From positions 124,001-188,000 of the forward strand of contig QPGO01000130.1 of assembly GCA_008632985.1 (NCBI GenBank): 64,000 nucleotides of DNA, given 5' to 3'. Of this stretch, positions 26,900 to 40,500 are shown piece after piece. Source of the DNA: Psammoneis japonica (Eukaryota). The notes under the pieces were generated by a model. That model was not told where the DNA came from, ran no database searches, and saw only the letters and a program-made list of their open reading frames with translations. The first letter of the stretch is position 1. Each line of letters begins with the position of its first letter. A program made the translations under genes and the position numbers.

Positions 26900-27495
26900 G
26901 CAAGGTGGTTTACAAGCCAGAAATCTGTGTCCCATTTGCCTCATTCATTGGCCAGTGCAACAATTTTTGTGCGACAAAGCAAGGAGAGGAACAAATGATG
27001 TGCCCTTGATTCTTGACAATTCATTGTACACTGAGCTTTTGGAATGTGCAAAAGCAAACACATTCATGTTGCTCTGTCAAAAGAGGAAACTTGTGCACTG
27101 TTCTTTGGCTCATTTGGGTTGTCCAACATGGCCAAATGACTTGTCATCTGCCCAGGGCCTGTGGCATGAGTGCTGTTGCAGTTCTCTGCTCAATTGTTTC
27201 TTTTGGCTGTGAGGTGGTTTACAAGCCAGAGACCTGTGCCTCATTTGCCTCATTCATTGGCCAGTGACACAATTTTTGCCTGACAACCCAAGGAGGAGCA
27301 AATGATGTGCCCTTGCTTCTTGACAATCTGCTGCACACCAAGCTTCTGGAAGAATGTAAAAAAGCAAACACATTTGTGTTGTTCTGTCAAAAGAGGAAAC
27401 TTGTGAGCTGTTCTTTGGCTCATTTGGGTTGTCCAATGCAATCAAATGACTTGCTGGCCACCCAGGGCCTGCTGCATGAGTGGCATTGCAGTGAG
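26900..27495 (+). repeat. Diverged tandem duplication, unit about 310 bp
   Basis: AGGTGGTTTACAAGCCAGA...CCCAGGGCCTG occurs near 26903 and again near 27212. Confidence 0.85.
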
Positions 27496-28624
27496 CTCTC
27501 CACTCGGCGGATCTCATTCTTGCACTCAATGCCAGTTAGATTGCCATGCTGTGCTGTTGCTGCATGTCACACAGCCTTCAGACAGACAGAATGCCATGAA
27601 GCACGCACCACACGCATTTGCAATTTCAGTGTTTGTTGGATCGAGACTGGCTGGATTGTGGATTGATCATGGATTGTGGCAAAAATGAGCACACCACGGC
27701 TTTTTGCAATCTCTTCTGAAAATCACAATGGGAAAAGTCAAAAAAGTGCACCTCGTGAGTGGCTGCATCAAGTGCACTTGGTGCACTCATGCACAATTCT
27801 GCACAACTCACACACGGCGTGCAAACCAACAGATTTGCATGAATTTGCCCTGTGAACCTGTGAACGGTTTTTGATGTTGGGTCAAGTTTAGTTGCATGCA
27901 ATGTGCAGGGATTTGTGCCAAGTTCTAGCAGGACTCAGTGTTGGACAACAACAACAATTGCCTCTGCACAGGGCCTCAGTGCAGTTTCACACAAAGTGTG
28001 CTTGATTTGATCAATCGCCACCTGCACAGAAATGTGCAGAACATGCACCAACAACCTTCCCACTCTGGTTTTTTGGGTACTTGGTTGCAATCTAAACAGT
28101 GCCAAAGACCAAAGCAATTGACCACAAAAGCTTTTACATCATGCAGCATTGCAAAACACACCATGGAATTTTGGGTGAAAAACAGGGTTGAAATTGATGG
28201 CTCTGCTGGTGTTTTTGATTGTAAAGCAAAGTGCAGTTACGTGGAAATGTGCAGAAAATGTGCTGACCTCCTAAATCTTCACTTTTTGGCTGCTCTGGTT
28301 GCAATCAAAATAGCACCAAAAGACCAAAGCCATTGATGCAAAACACTTTTACGGAAAATGGTAAATTGCATGACAGAACTTTGGGAGACAAAATGGTTGT
28401 AATTGATGGCCATGATTGAACTGATCAAATGGAACACAAAGTGCACTTAAATTGCCAAAAAAGTGCACTTGCAACTGAAAAGTGCACTTACAACTGAAAT
28501 TGCACACAGAAAGCTGTGCAGAGATCTGGCACACAAAAATGGGCACACTTGAGTGCACTTGTTTGTCTTTCCTCCATTGCAACTCTTGGCATTGACACTG
28601 AATCACAACTGCTGTTTCTTCATC

Positions 28625-29990
28625 ATGCCTGCCTGCATTGACAACAATGAGAAGAGGAAAAAGGCGGCATTGATGTTGGCAACAAAGAAAAAGTCGCTGT
28701 GGACACAAGAACTGCAATGGATCTGATGCATGCAAAGAGCTGATTGCAGGTCTCAAGCTCTTGTTGACTGTCACTTCCTCTCATGATGCCCCTGATCCAT
28801 TGACTCCATGTCAACCAATCAGCTCTGCAGATTGGACTGCAACCAATCTGCCATCCAAACATCAGATTCCTCTAGATCTCATGCTTTCATCAACCACCAC
28901 GTCCTCCACCGGCAGCTGTGCTCCTGCTCCAATGACTCCAGATCAGCCAATCAATGAAAAGGCAACAAAAGAACAACGTGCTAAATTGGCACGTGAATTT
29001 GTTGTAAAAAAAGAACTGGGCATCTCTTGCAATGGGCTGGATGATGCTGGCATGTTGCGGGCCAATCGTTTGATGTCAAAGGATTGTTCTTGGAGTCCCT
29101 GCCAGGATGAAGTGGATGGTCATGGGGAGACCACCTTTTGAGAGCAATTTGAGCTGCGCTGTGAAGAATGCCCTGATTGGGAAGATCTCTCTCAGTTCTT
29201 CTTTTAAGATGATGAGGATGGAATTGATGACTGTCTCATCATTCTCCAGCTGAGAGCAGGCTTCTGCTTTGTGCATGCAGTTGCAGTCTGTCAGCATCAT
29301 TTGCAATGCAAGCAAAATGCCAGTCAAGGAAAGAACCATGAAATGCTTGACCTTTTGTGGTGTGTTCATGAATGTTTCTCCAGAAAGAAGCTCAAGAAGT
29401 TCCTGCAGAATGGAGGTGGCAGATCAGCCACTGAGTTTCTTTGTGAGATCATGGGTGACAGCCTTGATGCCATTGCGGCTGACATGATTGCAATTCCAAT
29501 GAAATCAGGGTGGGAGCTCAGCTTCAATCTAACCATGGAGACAATTTGCAGCATTTTTGAGCATCAACGTGAACCAGCTCTTGTGTTGGGATTCAAAATT
29601 GAAGAAGACTTCAAGACGTCAAACAAATTCATGTGCAATGATGAGGTGGATGAGAATGCCTTTCTTGATTGTGGCAAAAAACAGCAAGGACGAGGGTGTT
29701 GTTGTGCTTCATTCGATGGTCCTGCCGGGGCTGCACAAGGATGAGAAAGCTGGCAAGGTTTGGTTTTTGCTGCAGAACTTTTGGGCAACAAAGCATTTGA
29801 CAGTTGTTTCTGGGGAGCATTTGGCCTCCTGTCATGCAAAGATTGCATTTTTGTCACTGGGATGCAATGTTTCTCTGGCAGAGGAAATGGAGGTAATTGA
29901 CGCTCACTGCTCTGAGACTGAAACCACAATGGAAGAGGAGCACAAACCCTTTCCAGATGAGACAGATGTGTGGCCAGCACCAGATTGGGT
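28625..29990 (+). pseudogene. Decayed papain-fold (peptidase C1-like) gene
   Basis: Fragments in changing frames: QLRAGFCFVHA (Gln/Cys region) and LHSMVLPGLHKD...WFLLQNFW (His/Asn region). Confidence 0.55.
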
Positions 29991-32900
29991 TGCAAGGGGA
30001 TCACAGTGTTTTCTGTCATGCTTGCTTTTTGTTGTGCCACTTCAATTGGTTTTGTCATGTCCAGTTGTCTGGTGCTGTTCATGAGGAGACCTGCCAGCAT
30101 TCGTGCATCTTCAAGCTTTTAGACTCCAGTGCTGGTGACAGCAAAATGCACATGCATCTAAAAATGATTTGCAGGTGCCATCCCGGTGACATGTGAGCAA
30201 AATTCAAGTGCCCATTTGAGACAGTCACACCCTTGCTGCCTGATGATTTGTTGGTTTGTGTCTCCCCCCCCCCTCCCACCCAGCAAGGACAACAAACAAC
30301 CATTCAAACCAAGGTTGCAGAACAAACATTCTTCCCAGATCACACACCACACATGGCAAGCCACATGAGAACTCATCAGACAATCTCATCAAATTTTCCC
30401 CATCTTCTGCAGTTTTGTGTGTGCAAACATCACATTTCTTCCATTGCACACATGGCTTTCATGCATTTGCCACAGGTTGGAAACTGGTGCATCTTGCAGG
30501 CATGTCTGGGCCACTCCTTCCTCATGAAGAAACTCAACAAGTGCCAGAAAAAATCATCCATCCCAGGGTCCTCCCCCACCCCACCCCCACAATTTCCTTC
30601 CACTGCACACATTTTTGGGGTTCCCCTGAGCTGCAATGGGCTGCAACAAATGAAAGAAAAAAGAAGGCCAATGAGCAGTGGCTCACACATGTCAACACTT
30701 CAAAGTGGCCCTGCCCAGGCTAGGACCGCAACCACAATGCAAGCCACTTTGAAAGTTGCTTTTGCCATTCCAGGGTCAACAAACATGGCCAAATGAAAAT
30801 GTGAAACGAGCCTTGCCTCTTGTTGAGCACAGCTCTGCACAAGAGCCATGTCCACTGCCGCCGTCAGAGGAGGAGCCCACAATTCCAGCCTGGACAACAG
30901 GAAACTCCAAAGGGGTGAATGTGGTGGAGAGTGCCACCCTGCAATGTCATGCCTCTTCTGGAGCCAATCTGCCGGGGAGAACAGGGTCTCCTCAGGCTTG
31001 CCAGAGCAGCTCCTCACCCGCTCTCCTGCACAGGAGCACTGGGGGTCTCTCTGCCCCCCCCCCCCCAAGGTGCAGGGGTGTGAAGGAGAGCAAGCATTTG
31101 CCCTCCATCACACCCTCTGTCAACACGCGTTCAACCTGGTAAATGGCAAGAAGCGTTCTGATGAGGAAACTGTTCTGTGCTGTGCAGCCAGCAGAGATGT
31201 CTTCAAAGAATCCTTCCGAATTCTTTGAAATTTCGGCATATGTCCGGTCACGTAGGTAGCTCCGAGTTTATGAAAAAAAGAAGAGGAAAAGGAGGAGGGA
31301 GGCGAGGAGAGGAGAGATGCACATTCTCCGTAGTGCTTGCAATGCGTTTAGCACGCACGACGCCCAGACGATTAGCGCTTCCGACGTGCGTAGCTAGTTA
31401 GCGCAGTCGCAGCTATCTACTCTACTCTAGCAAACACTGTAAAGAACAGCGACATGCCATGATCTATCTAAATACATTATCTACTGCTTCATTGCTCACG
31501 GAAAATTTACACCCCCACTGCTGACGCTACCGTTGAGATGCAACCGCACGATTAGCCAAAACTCCATCAAGTTCCTCTCTAGACCCGACTAGATTCGGAA
31601 AGTTCCAGAAACAGATTTCCCCAAAACAACAAATAGTATCAAAAGACTTATATCATGTAGAACATTGGCCCAGAAAGCCATTGTAAGCTTTAGCAGTCAA
31701 AGATATTCACACTGGAAAATGACAGGCAAAATGAAAATGTGACTGGAACAACGTACACAATAACAATCCATTGGGATCACACATCACAGTATACTCATTA
31801 GGGCACCTTTTAGAGGGAGAGCTGGGTCTCCTTCCCAATTTTTATGCTCCCAAGTACCACCAGCGGTTCGTGGGATCCTTGCATCCAAGAGGAGGCGATG
31901 AGCCCGCCAACACAAGCCTCAACCTCCCCATTTTACCCATTGCAAAGCCTGGACTAGTCGGCACACTACCAAGATCTCCCCACATAACCTGGATAATATT
32001 GTGTCTTAGATGATGAAGAGAATCGACTGTAGAATAGGAAAAAAGGCTCATCATAGACCAGACACCTGCACGCATGAACGAGACGCACAAAAAAAAGGCT
32101 CGTGAGGTATGCAAGTTTCGTCAAAACGAGTCCAACACTCAAACAATTAAACACACTCGTAGGATTACCTTTTTTGGACTATGATAAGACTGTCTGACAA
32201 TTTCCAACGTCGTAAGTGTCCTCCAGGCTCCATCGCGTCGTTTTGTTCCAACGGCATGCACTTTCCAAAAATTGTGACGGCCGAAACACGACATGCCGTG
32301 ATTATGTGCCGACCAAGCCCCCAAGAAGGATATCAAGCGCGTCACAAATCCACATTAATATACATAATAGGTACACCAAAGGATGTAGAGTGGGATGAAG
32401 CATAAAGATCCCAAACGGATGCGCTCTGGCGGCGCCAACGACTTGAAAAACATTCCAACATAATAGACACCATAATCGACCGTACGAGACGATCCATCCA
32501 CTTTTCAAGCTGTAACAAAAAACAACAATGGTCTTTAGCAAATATGAAAACGAAATAAAACGAGAAAATATAAAAAAACTTACCTCGGCGGCGTTGTCGA
32601 CCAGTCAGATGTTACCCGTACCGTGCCGTATTTGAGCTACGAGTCGAGGCACGCAACCGTTTATAGCATGTGCAGCAACCAAAGCACCCCAGGAGACCAA
32701 ACCAATGCATCAACCTCTTTATAACAACAATAGAAAGAGATCAACCACGGAAAATACGTCTACCCCACGATGCATGCCATGGCGAGATGCATCAAAGTGC
32801 AATGTGCATGGCCGTTTCTTACGGTGCGGTATGCCAAATCGAGAGCGTTTGAGTGGAATGAAGAAAATGAAGAGGATTCCTCCTCAGGCGTCCTTATCAA

Positions 32901-33258
32901 ATATCTACCAAAATGGACCGTGCATTTCTACTTGTCCTTATCAAAATGGAATTTCGAGGTTTCACGCGCTTTTGCGCGACCCGCACACGCGCCGAAAACC
33001 CCGCCTGCGCGTGCGTTGATGACCGGAGGTCGTGCCGAAGAAGAAAAAAACATCCACAAAATGACAACGGTGAAACGGGTGTTGTGTGTTCAACGTGTTC
33101 AATTGCATCGATAGCAAAAAGTGCTTGTTCATAGTGCTAAACAACATTTCGATAGCTCGAATAGAAGTTGAGTCTCTGGTGATTTCCACAAAAGCTGAAA
33201 GATTGAAAGAAATTGACGCGTAGCAAGCAGTGTCGATTCTTTTTGTTTTCCAGAAAAA

Positions 33259-34667
33259 ATGTCACGAACAAGCAATTCTCTGAATAGACGTCTCGAGTCT
33301 GAATTGTACGAGAGCATTCAAAACCAAGATTGGGATTACGCCGAAGAATTATTAGTGGAAGCTTCGGAGCTCCCCGTCATTCGACGAACCGGCGACAATA
33401 CTCTTTTGCACTTTGCCACCGAACAAGAAGGAGTACCACCCGACGTGATTCGAAAATTGTCGTCCGTCTTGAGCTGGCAACAGCAATATGCCACCAACAA
33501 GTGGGGTCTGACGCCTCTTCACCATGCCATTTTGTTCAAACAGAATCTAGAGGTAATTTCTGTTTTGCTGGAAATTCACTTGGTTGCAATCGACATGGCG
33601 GATCGTAGCGGGCGGACACCAATTGACTACTTTTTCGCGGTTGTTGGAACGTGAAGAAGAGGATGACGAACAGCCAGACGTGCTCACGGAAGATCTAGCT
33701 GACATGCTGCGACTTTTGACAAGAGCTTGGATGGAATATTACAAAACAAGGCTCGGAAAGACTTTCGACTCCGCTTCATCGAGCACTCCAATTTGCATCT
33801 TCCCACGAGGAGTTGCCATTGGCGGTATTAAATATTCTACTGGAAACAAGTCCGTCCATGGTGCAAGCACAAGACAGCAATGGGTGTACACCGCTCCACT
33901 TGGCTTCCAGACGCGATGATGCAAATGCAAATGAGCGACTGAAGCTCTTGCTGAACGCGACTCCCGCAGCCGTCTTGGAATCCCGGGATAAAAACGGTCG
34001 AACACCCCTTTCCAGCGCTGTCTTTTGGTTTGCCTCTCTGAAAATTTTCGAGACACTGGTTGCTGCAAATTCGGCCAGCATTTTCATTCCAGACAAGAGC
34101 AACAAGACACCGCTCGACCGTGTGAGTGGCTGGATTGCAAGCGAGAGCGCTGTATCCGAGTATAACCTGAATGTTGCTAAGACGCTCGTCATGGGCCGCC
34201 GCTGCAATTCCGACTCTGTATTACCGGTATTGCGCAAGTCTATTCTCCTTGAGAAATGTCCTGTCGAGTTGGTACGTGTGTTTCTCCGGACTTTTCCAGA
34301 ACAAGCTCTGTGCATGGACGAAAAGGGTAACCTTCCTCTCCACCTTGCAGCCACCATGACACCCAAACCACGGGAACGTGAGGCCTTTACGTCTCTGCTC
34401 AAAGAACTCATTCAAGCTTTTCCAGCAGGACCAAAGACAACCAATGGCGCGGGTCTCTTGCCGCTGGCGTCCTTTATTTGTGCCGAGCGCAAGTGGAACC
34501 AAGGACTCGGGACAATCTTGCAAGCTCATCCAGCAGCCGTCATGGATCAACACTTGCCTCCATGTGCCGTGACGCAGCTACTGTCCAAATTGGGCAAACG
34601 CTCAGAAAATCTAACCGTTCTCTATCAATTGCTACAAGACGCTCCGTCTTTGGTCAGTCGAGTGTAG
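33259..34667 (+). CDS. Ankyrin-repeat protein (two apparent frameshifts)
   Basis: DNTLLHFA, GLTPLHHA, GRTPID, GCTPLHLA, GRTPLSSA and GNLPLHLA repeats across ORFs 33259-33654, 33584-33919 and 33813-34667. Confidence 0.85.
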
Positions 34668-34761
34668 AATAAGCATAATCTAAAGTAGAGTCAAAAGCTG
34701 GCTACAATAGTTTTCAATACATAATGTGTGTGTAGAATCCACTTTTCTTTTATTTCTTGAC

Positions 34762-34953
34762 TTAATTTTTCATGGCAAAGCTTTGCGTAAGTTCTCTTGC
34801 ACGCTTGAGTGCTTCGGCTTCATTTTTTTTCCAAACCTCCGCCACGGCATCGTCGAGCGGATCATCGGGATTGGGCGCACTCGGCAGGACTTGAATCGAA
34901 AGCAACACGGTTCGAATCTGCAACGCCGGGTTATTCCAACACTTGTCCTTGAG
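34762..34953 (-). pseudogene. C-terminal fragment of a UBC13/UBE2N-like ubiquitin-conjugating enzyme
   Basis: [48 protein letters not shown] resembles Ubc13 [31 protein letters not shown]. The HPN motif and catalytic Cys are absent. Confidence 0.85.
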
Positions 34954-36300
34954 TGGCGGTGAAGAAGGCAGGGCCTGTGGTGCGGACAGATGGGTGGGGA
35001 GAGGAGGCAATCGAAGGGTGGCAGAAAGAAAGGATTTGCAGGCAGAAAGATGGTTGGAGAGAGCTAATCCAACGTTGAGGCCAGGAGTTGGGCAGCCCAG
35101 ATTGGCAGGTGAAGCAAAAGCATGAGGAGCTGAAACGGTTGGGGGACGGTTGTTTCCAGGCTGCACTTGCATGGCAAAGCAGATTGCTGGGGGTGAGGAG
35201 CAACGATTGGAAAGAGGCAGAGCAGGAGACTTGGGTGGGAGTTGGAGAAATTGGCAGGAGAATTCCAAGGTGGTTTTGGCAGAGAAGCAGCATGGGAGTG
35301 GCCGCAAAGGAAGGTGTGGAAGTGGCGCCCAATGCCACACAGGTCACCAAGGGTGAGTGGAGGGAGGAAAATGCCAGCTTGGTTGATGGAAGAGACAATG
35401 GAGGAGCCATGAAAGGAAGGAGTGTCACAACCAAGTGGCTTGGCTTGAGCACTGCTGAGGTGCGCCTTGGACAAGAGGTTGGCGGGGGGCGGGCAAACCA
35501 GGTGCAGGCCATGGGGGAGCTGGGGGCTCAGGTTCTGCGACACTCAACAGTGACAAAAGTGTGTGCAGACACTGGGGAGAGAGGTTGAGTCAGTGGCAAG
35601 TTGGGTGTCAACATCTGTGTGCTGTTTCAATGGGAAATCAGGGAGGAGGCCAATGTGCTTGAGGAAGACATGCTGTGCAGAGCAGCAGAGGCCAGGTGCC
35701 AAGGGTTTCAACAATGGCGCAGATGGCATTGTGCATTTGACTGGGAAAAGGGCCTTTGAGCATCTTGGAGCAGGGGGAAGCATGGTCACCGCAGAGGTCA
35801 AGGGTGCAGAAACCACCAGCAACCATGTGGACAGGACAGCTGGCAAAGATTGGGAGGGAAAACAAGGAGGCAGAGTTTGCAGTGTGGGAGGAAGAGGAGG
35901 AGGAGGGTGAAGTGAGCAGAAGAGAGGTGATTGGGTGGGTTTGAGGTGGAGAGGGAGTGCAAGCAAAGACTTGCAAGGGGGGAGAGAGGAAAGGGGGGGC
36001 ATGACAAAGGCTCAGGTTGCTCAGGAGGAGCAAGAAAGTCTCGTGTTGGTGGCAGTGTGGGGGACAGGGGTGCTGGGAGGGAGAAAAGGGTCAGGGCAAA
36101 ACGGCGCAAGATGTTGCAGAGGTGCAGGTGGAGCATGGGCCACACCACAAAAAGAGCACAGAGCAGAGCAGTTGGATGGAGGGTGGGGTGGCTGGAGGAG
36201 GGAGTTGTGGTTGTGGTTGATGCAGATGGTCTTTTGTGCCAAAGAGCTCCACCCATCAGTGTGGGAGGGTGTGCACAGTGTTGCACCCAAGAGGTGAAAG
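34954..36300 (-). mobile_element. Degenerate 3' part of a non-LTR retrotransposon with restriction-like endonuclease (CRE-like)
   Basis: C...LDLCGDHASPC...HNAI zinc-knuckle-like motif, GLLPDFPLKQHTDV (like RPAD) and [16 protein letters not shown] appear in the expected order. Heavily mutated. Confidence 0.5.
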
Positions 36301-37340
36301 TGATGATTGCATGGCAATTGAGTCACTCATTGTGGAAATCTTGCATGCAAAATGCCTTGTCATTGGTGCATGTGATGTGTGAATCAGCTCCACACCACAC
36401 TTTCATGCAACCATGACCATGGGCAATGAGCTTGCACTGCAGGCTCCAATTCTTGATGACTCCAACAGCCTTTTGAACAAAGTGTTCTTTCTGTCATTGC
36501 AAGGTTCTTGTTTGCAACAAGCGCTGAGACAACATGAGCTGTGCAAACATCACACATTTTCTTTGGGATTCCATCAAACTTTAATCAGATTCTGAAGTCA
36601 TTGTGTTCACATCTTTTTGCATTTTTTCTTTTTCAAAACATGCCACCCCTTTTGTCACTGCCTGTTGGACAGCAATCTTGATCACCCTGGGCAGGATTGC
36701 TCACATGGGTTGGCCAATCAGTTGTTTTCTCTTTCTAAAATTTGGAACTGATGCCCAGCTTGATGAAGTGAATCCTGGTTTTTGGGCAGGTGCAATTGGT
36801 GAATTCTTTTGTGACATGTTGCTGGATTGAACACCTGTCACAGCTGGAGTTCTCTTGTGTTGTCAATGCCATTCCTGGCCTTGTTTTGGACCAACAGGAG
36901 GTGCACTCATCTGCACTTTGGTGTTCAAGGCATCTGTCAACAAGCCTTGGTCAGGAAATGAGGAGTGGCACATTGAGGCACAGATTACATTGTTTTTGCA
37001 ACAGTCTTGTGCACAACATTGTGGACAGTGGTTGCATCAACTGCAATTGCTCTGGCTGTTTGAAGACTGGAGCATGTTTGAGGACAGTGCAAACCAGCCC
37101 AACAGGAGCACAGCAGCTTGCTTTGGCACTTTTCTGTGATGGCTGCAACTCCTGCAAAAAGGTTGGATCAAAACTCTTGTTTCTTTTTGTTCCCAACCAA
37201 GCATGCATTCAACCTCTGGCAAATGGCAAGAAGCACTCTGATGAGGAAATTGTTTGGTGCAGCACTGTGGCCTCAGCCACTGGAGCAGAGACATTTTCAA
37301 AGATTTCCAAATCTTTGAATTTTGTGGGGGCAGTGCACAA

Positions 37341-37523
37341 GCAACCATTTCCTGCACTTTTTGCTGTCCTCACAACCTGTGAGCACTGGGCCCCACAGTG
37401 GAACCCCATGTGAAAATGTGGCAAGCAAAGGGCAACCATTTCCTGCATTTTTTGCTGTTTTCACAATGTGTGAGCACTGGGCCCCACAGTGGAACCCCAT
37501 GTGAAAACATGGCAAGCAACGGG
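37341..37523 (+). repeat. Tandem repeat, 2 x 91 bp
   Basis: GCAACCATTTCCTGCA...GAGCACTGGGCCCCACAGTGGAACCCCATGTGAAAA...GGCAAGCAA at 37341 and 37432. Confidence 0.9.
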
Positions 37524-37599
37524 CTCACTGCCCTTTGGTCAATGACTCATCCATGTGGCCTCTAATTGAACCAAGAGTGACTGTTCTCAACAACACCAT

Positions 37600-40500
37600 C
37601 AGCACTCTCATTTCTTGAAGAGAGCAATGGAGACAATGACAGATGGCTTTGATCACTGTCACACTTTGCTTGGATGCCAAGCAATCTTGTTGACATGTTG
37701 CATTTCACAGAGAATCAAATGCTGTGGACCCATCCCACCTGCTTGGCAAGCACCACCCCATCAAGTGGCTGCACAAGCTCAACCAGGTGGCCAAGCACCA
37801 CAAGCACCACCTGCCCCTCAAGTGCAGATGCCACCCCCATGCCTCCTGCACAAGCACCACAAGAGGAGGTGCACCAAGGCTCTGGTGCACCCTGGGCCAC
37901 AACAGAACCCATCAGCACAGCAGCCAGGTGGAGTGCCACCTGCAGCTCCAGCCACGCGCCACCAGTTGCACCACCAGCACACCCTCCACCACCCAACCCA
38001 TCTGTGCGCACCCAGATTGCTGCAGCATTGCAAGCAAGAACCCATGCCATGGTGACTGCACCAAAGCATGCCTTGACTTTGCCACCACCACAGTCAGTGC
38101 ATCATGACATGCACCTCAACTGCTTGCAGCATGTGCTCTTGTGGCCTCAGGACACAACATGCCTGTGGCACAATTCAAGCTCATTGCTGATGCCACCAAC
38201 CCAGACAACCCAGGTGTCACCCATGTGTTCCACCAAATCACAACATGCCCCCCCCCCCCCCCCAAACGGTTGTGGGAGCTGCCTTGCCATGGGATGGCAA
38301 CACTTGCACCATCCACAGCAACATTGCCAGAGGACAACATCACATTGTCCCCCCGGGAGGTGGCAAACCATCATCTGGTGGCCACAGGCACATGGGTGTT
38401 TGCCAACACAGAAATGGAAAACCACCTGGTGCAACACCCCAAAGGACTGATTGGTGCAACACAGCCAAACAATGCCAGAGCAGTGGAAGTCAGGACCTCC
38501 ATCACCACCCTGCTCCTGCTCAATTGTGTGAGTTTGCTGTTTCTGGTTGCTTTCACACCAAAAGAAAAGCATTTGGACACACACACAGGGCAAACTCAGA
38601 CCAACAACCAAGTGCAGCAATTTTGGCCTTTGTCAGACTGCCTCAAGATTGCCTCCAGGAGATGAGGAGCACAACAGGCCACCATTGTGGTGCAGCCATT
38701 GCCCGAACTGCCACAACCACCCAACAAAGCACTGCACCAATTCTTGAACTGCTTGGTGGATGTGGACCTCCCAGGCAAATCAGGAGGTGTGTGGTGCTTG
38801 TGCTGCCACAAGTGCTGCCAGTGGCAAATGCACTTGACAACCTGGCTGCCAAACAATGTCAGACAAGACTGGATGGATGCCCAAGCATGAGCACAGGCCC
38901 ATGGCAAGACCCTCACTCAAGTCTTTGGAACACACAGCATTCTGAAGATCATGAGACTCTTGCACGCACTGTGCAAAGCCCACCTCTTGCCCATGTGGCC
39001 AGATCTTGTAACTGCACCCAAGATCACCCACATCACTGTTGTGCAAAATTCATTCAATGCCACAAAGAGTGTGCTTGGAATGCACTTCCTGACACACACC
39101 ATGGCACCTCTGACATCCAAGCTTGTGAACTTAGCTTTTGCTGCCATGAATGTTGATGACCCATTGCAAGAAATCAATCCATTCCTCTTTGGGTTGATGA
39201 CACCAGAACAAGCAGAGCAGATTGAGGGCCAAGTCAACATGTGCCATCACATTCATGGTGGTGCAGGTGTCCCATCCCTGGAAGACACCAGCACACTAGA
39301 AACACCCAATGACATCAAGGTTGCCACAAACTTGCAAGCCCTCTTGCATTCTCTTGATGGAGACATGCACCATCATCACCATGCCACTTGGTCAGAACCA
39401 TCCAGCCATGGAGTGTCTTGCCACCCAGTGCCGGGCCTTGGACAAAAATGCAAGTTTGCTGCATGTCAAGGCCACACACAATCTGACCCTTTGTGTTGAC
39501 ATTCAATGCTGCATCCAAGTGCAACTCAACCATTGGTTCCCAGCACAAGAACAATCAAACACACCATGGTGCCATTTCCCACACAAGATGTTGTCCAAGA
39601 AGCCATGTGCAGTGCCACCTGTTGGACGTGCCAATTGCCATCAAGCATGATCAAGCAAGTGCATCAACCATCACCTGCAGCTCCCATGGCACTGACACTT
39701 TCTGCATCAAGTGTGGCTGCTGGTGCCCCACGCATCACAGCTTTGTGCAGGCCAGAACAGCATTGTCAGCAATGGCAAAGTCAAGCCCAGATTTGCCCCC
39801 CTTGCACCACCGCAATGCATCAGAGTGCATTTGCGTGCAGTCAAAGAACAGCGCCAAGTGAGCAAACAGCACTCCCAGTTGATGATGCTGGTGCTGCCTG
39901 CCCTGGAGCCACAAGGGAGAGTGCAGTGATGACAACTGTGGCAGTGCGCACAACCACCACAACTGCCACACAGATGCTGAACAGCAGCGCTTGCTCCATT
40001 GGGGGCTTGATCATTGGAAGTCCAAGAACAGGATGTTGGCAATCAAGTGCAAGGACTTGACTCCAACAGCCACCCAACAACCCTTTGCAGGAGAGCATTG
40101 GCATGTGCCTGTGCTTGAGCTGCAGCACTCAAGTGGCAGTGCAACAGTCTGACAAACTGGGTGAGTTTGTTTCAAGAGACACCAGTGCAATGCTGTCCCA
40201 TGGTCTCAGTCATCTGCTGAAACATCATCATACCCAAGGTGACCTGGGAACATTGCAGGCCTTTCAATGTCACCCAGCCACCGCATGCTGTGCCACCACC
40301 ATCACCATGGAGTGCCCATCACACCAGCTGATGCACCGGCGTGGGCCAACAATGAATTGACAACAAGTCTCATCCAAGGACCACACAAGTCTGCACATGA
40401 GTTCTTTGACATGGTGGAGAAAAACATCTGGGTCATCCCACACTGCAATGCCACCAAGACCTCAGCCCTGTTGGCACAGTTCCACAGAAGGCCAGAAGGC

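Larger units (their letters stand above)
19330..31240. other. Decayed block depleted of TpA and CpG, rich in TG/CA (degenerate genes and repeats)
   Basis: Near absence of TA and CG by eye. Dense overlapping Cys/His-rich ORFs in all six frames. Begins within about 50 bp of the USP stop codon. Confidence 0.85.

Noticed and set aside
6425..34667. Frameshifts in the hypothetical, HA-domain, GGPP synthase and ankyrin genes as programmed frameshifting or pseudogenisation
   Set aside because: Those I could resolve are single missing bases in short homopolymers (near 6890, 11360 and 12231) in otherwise well-conserved genes, which is typical of long-read consensus error. Read polishing would decide.
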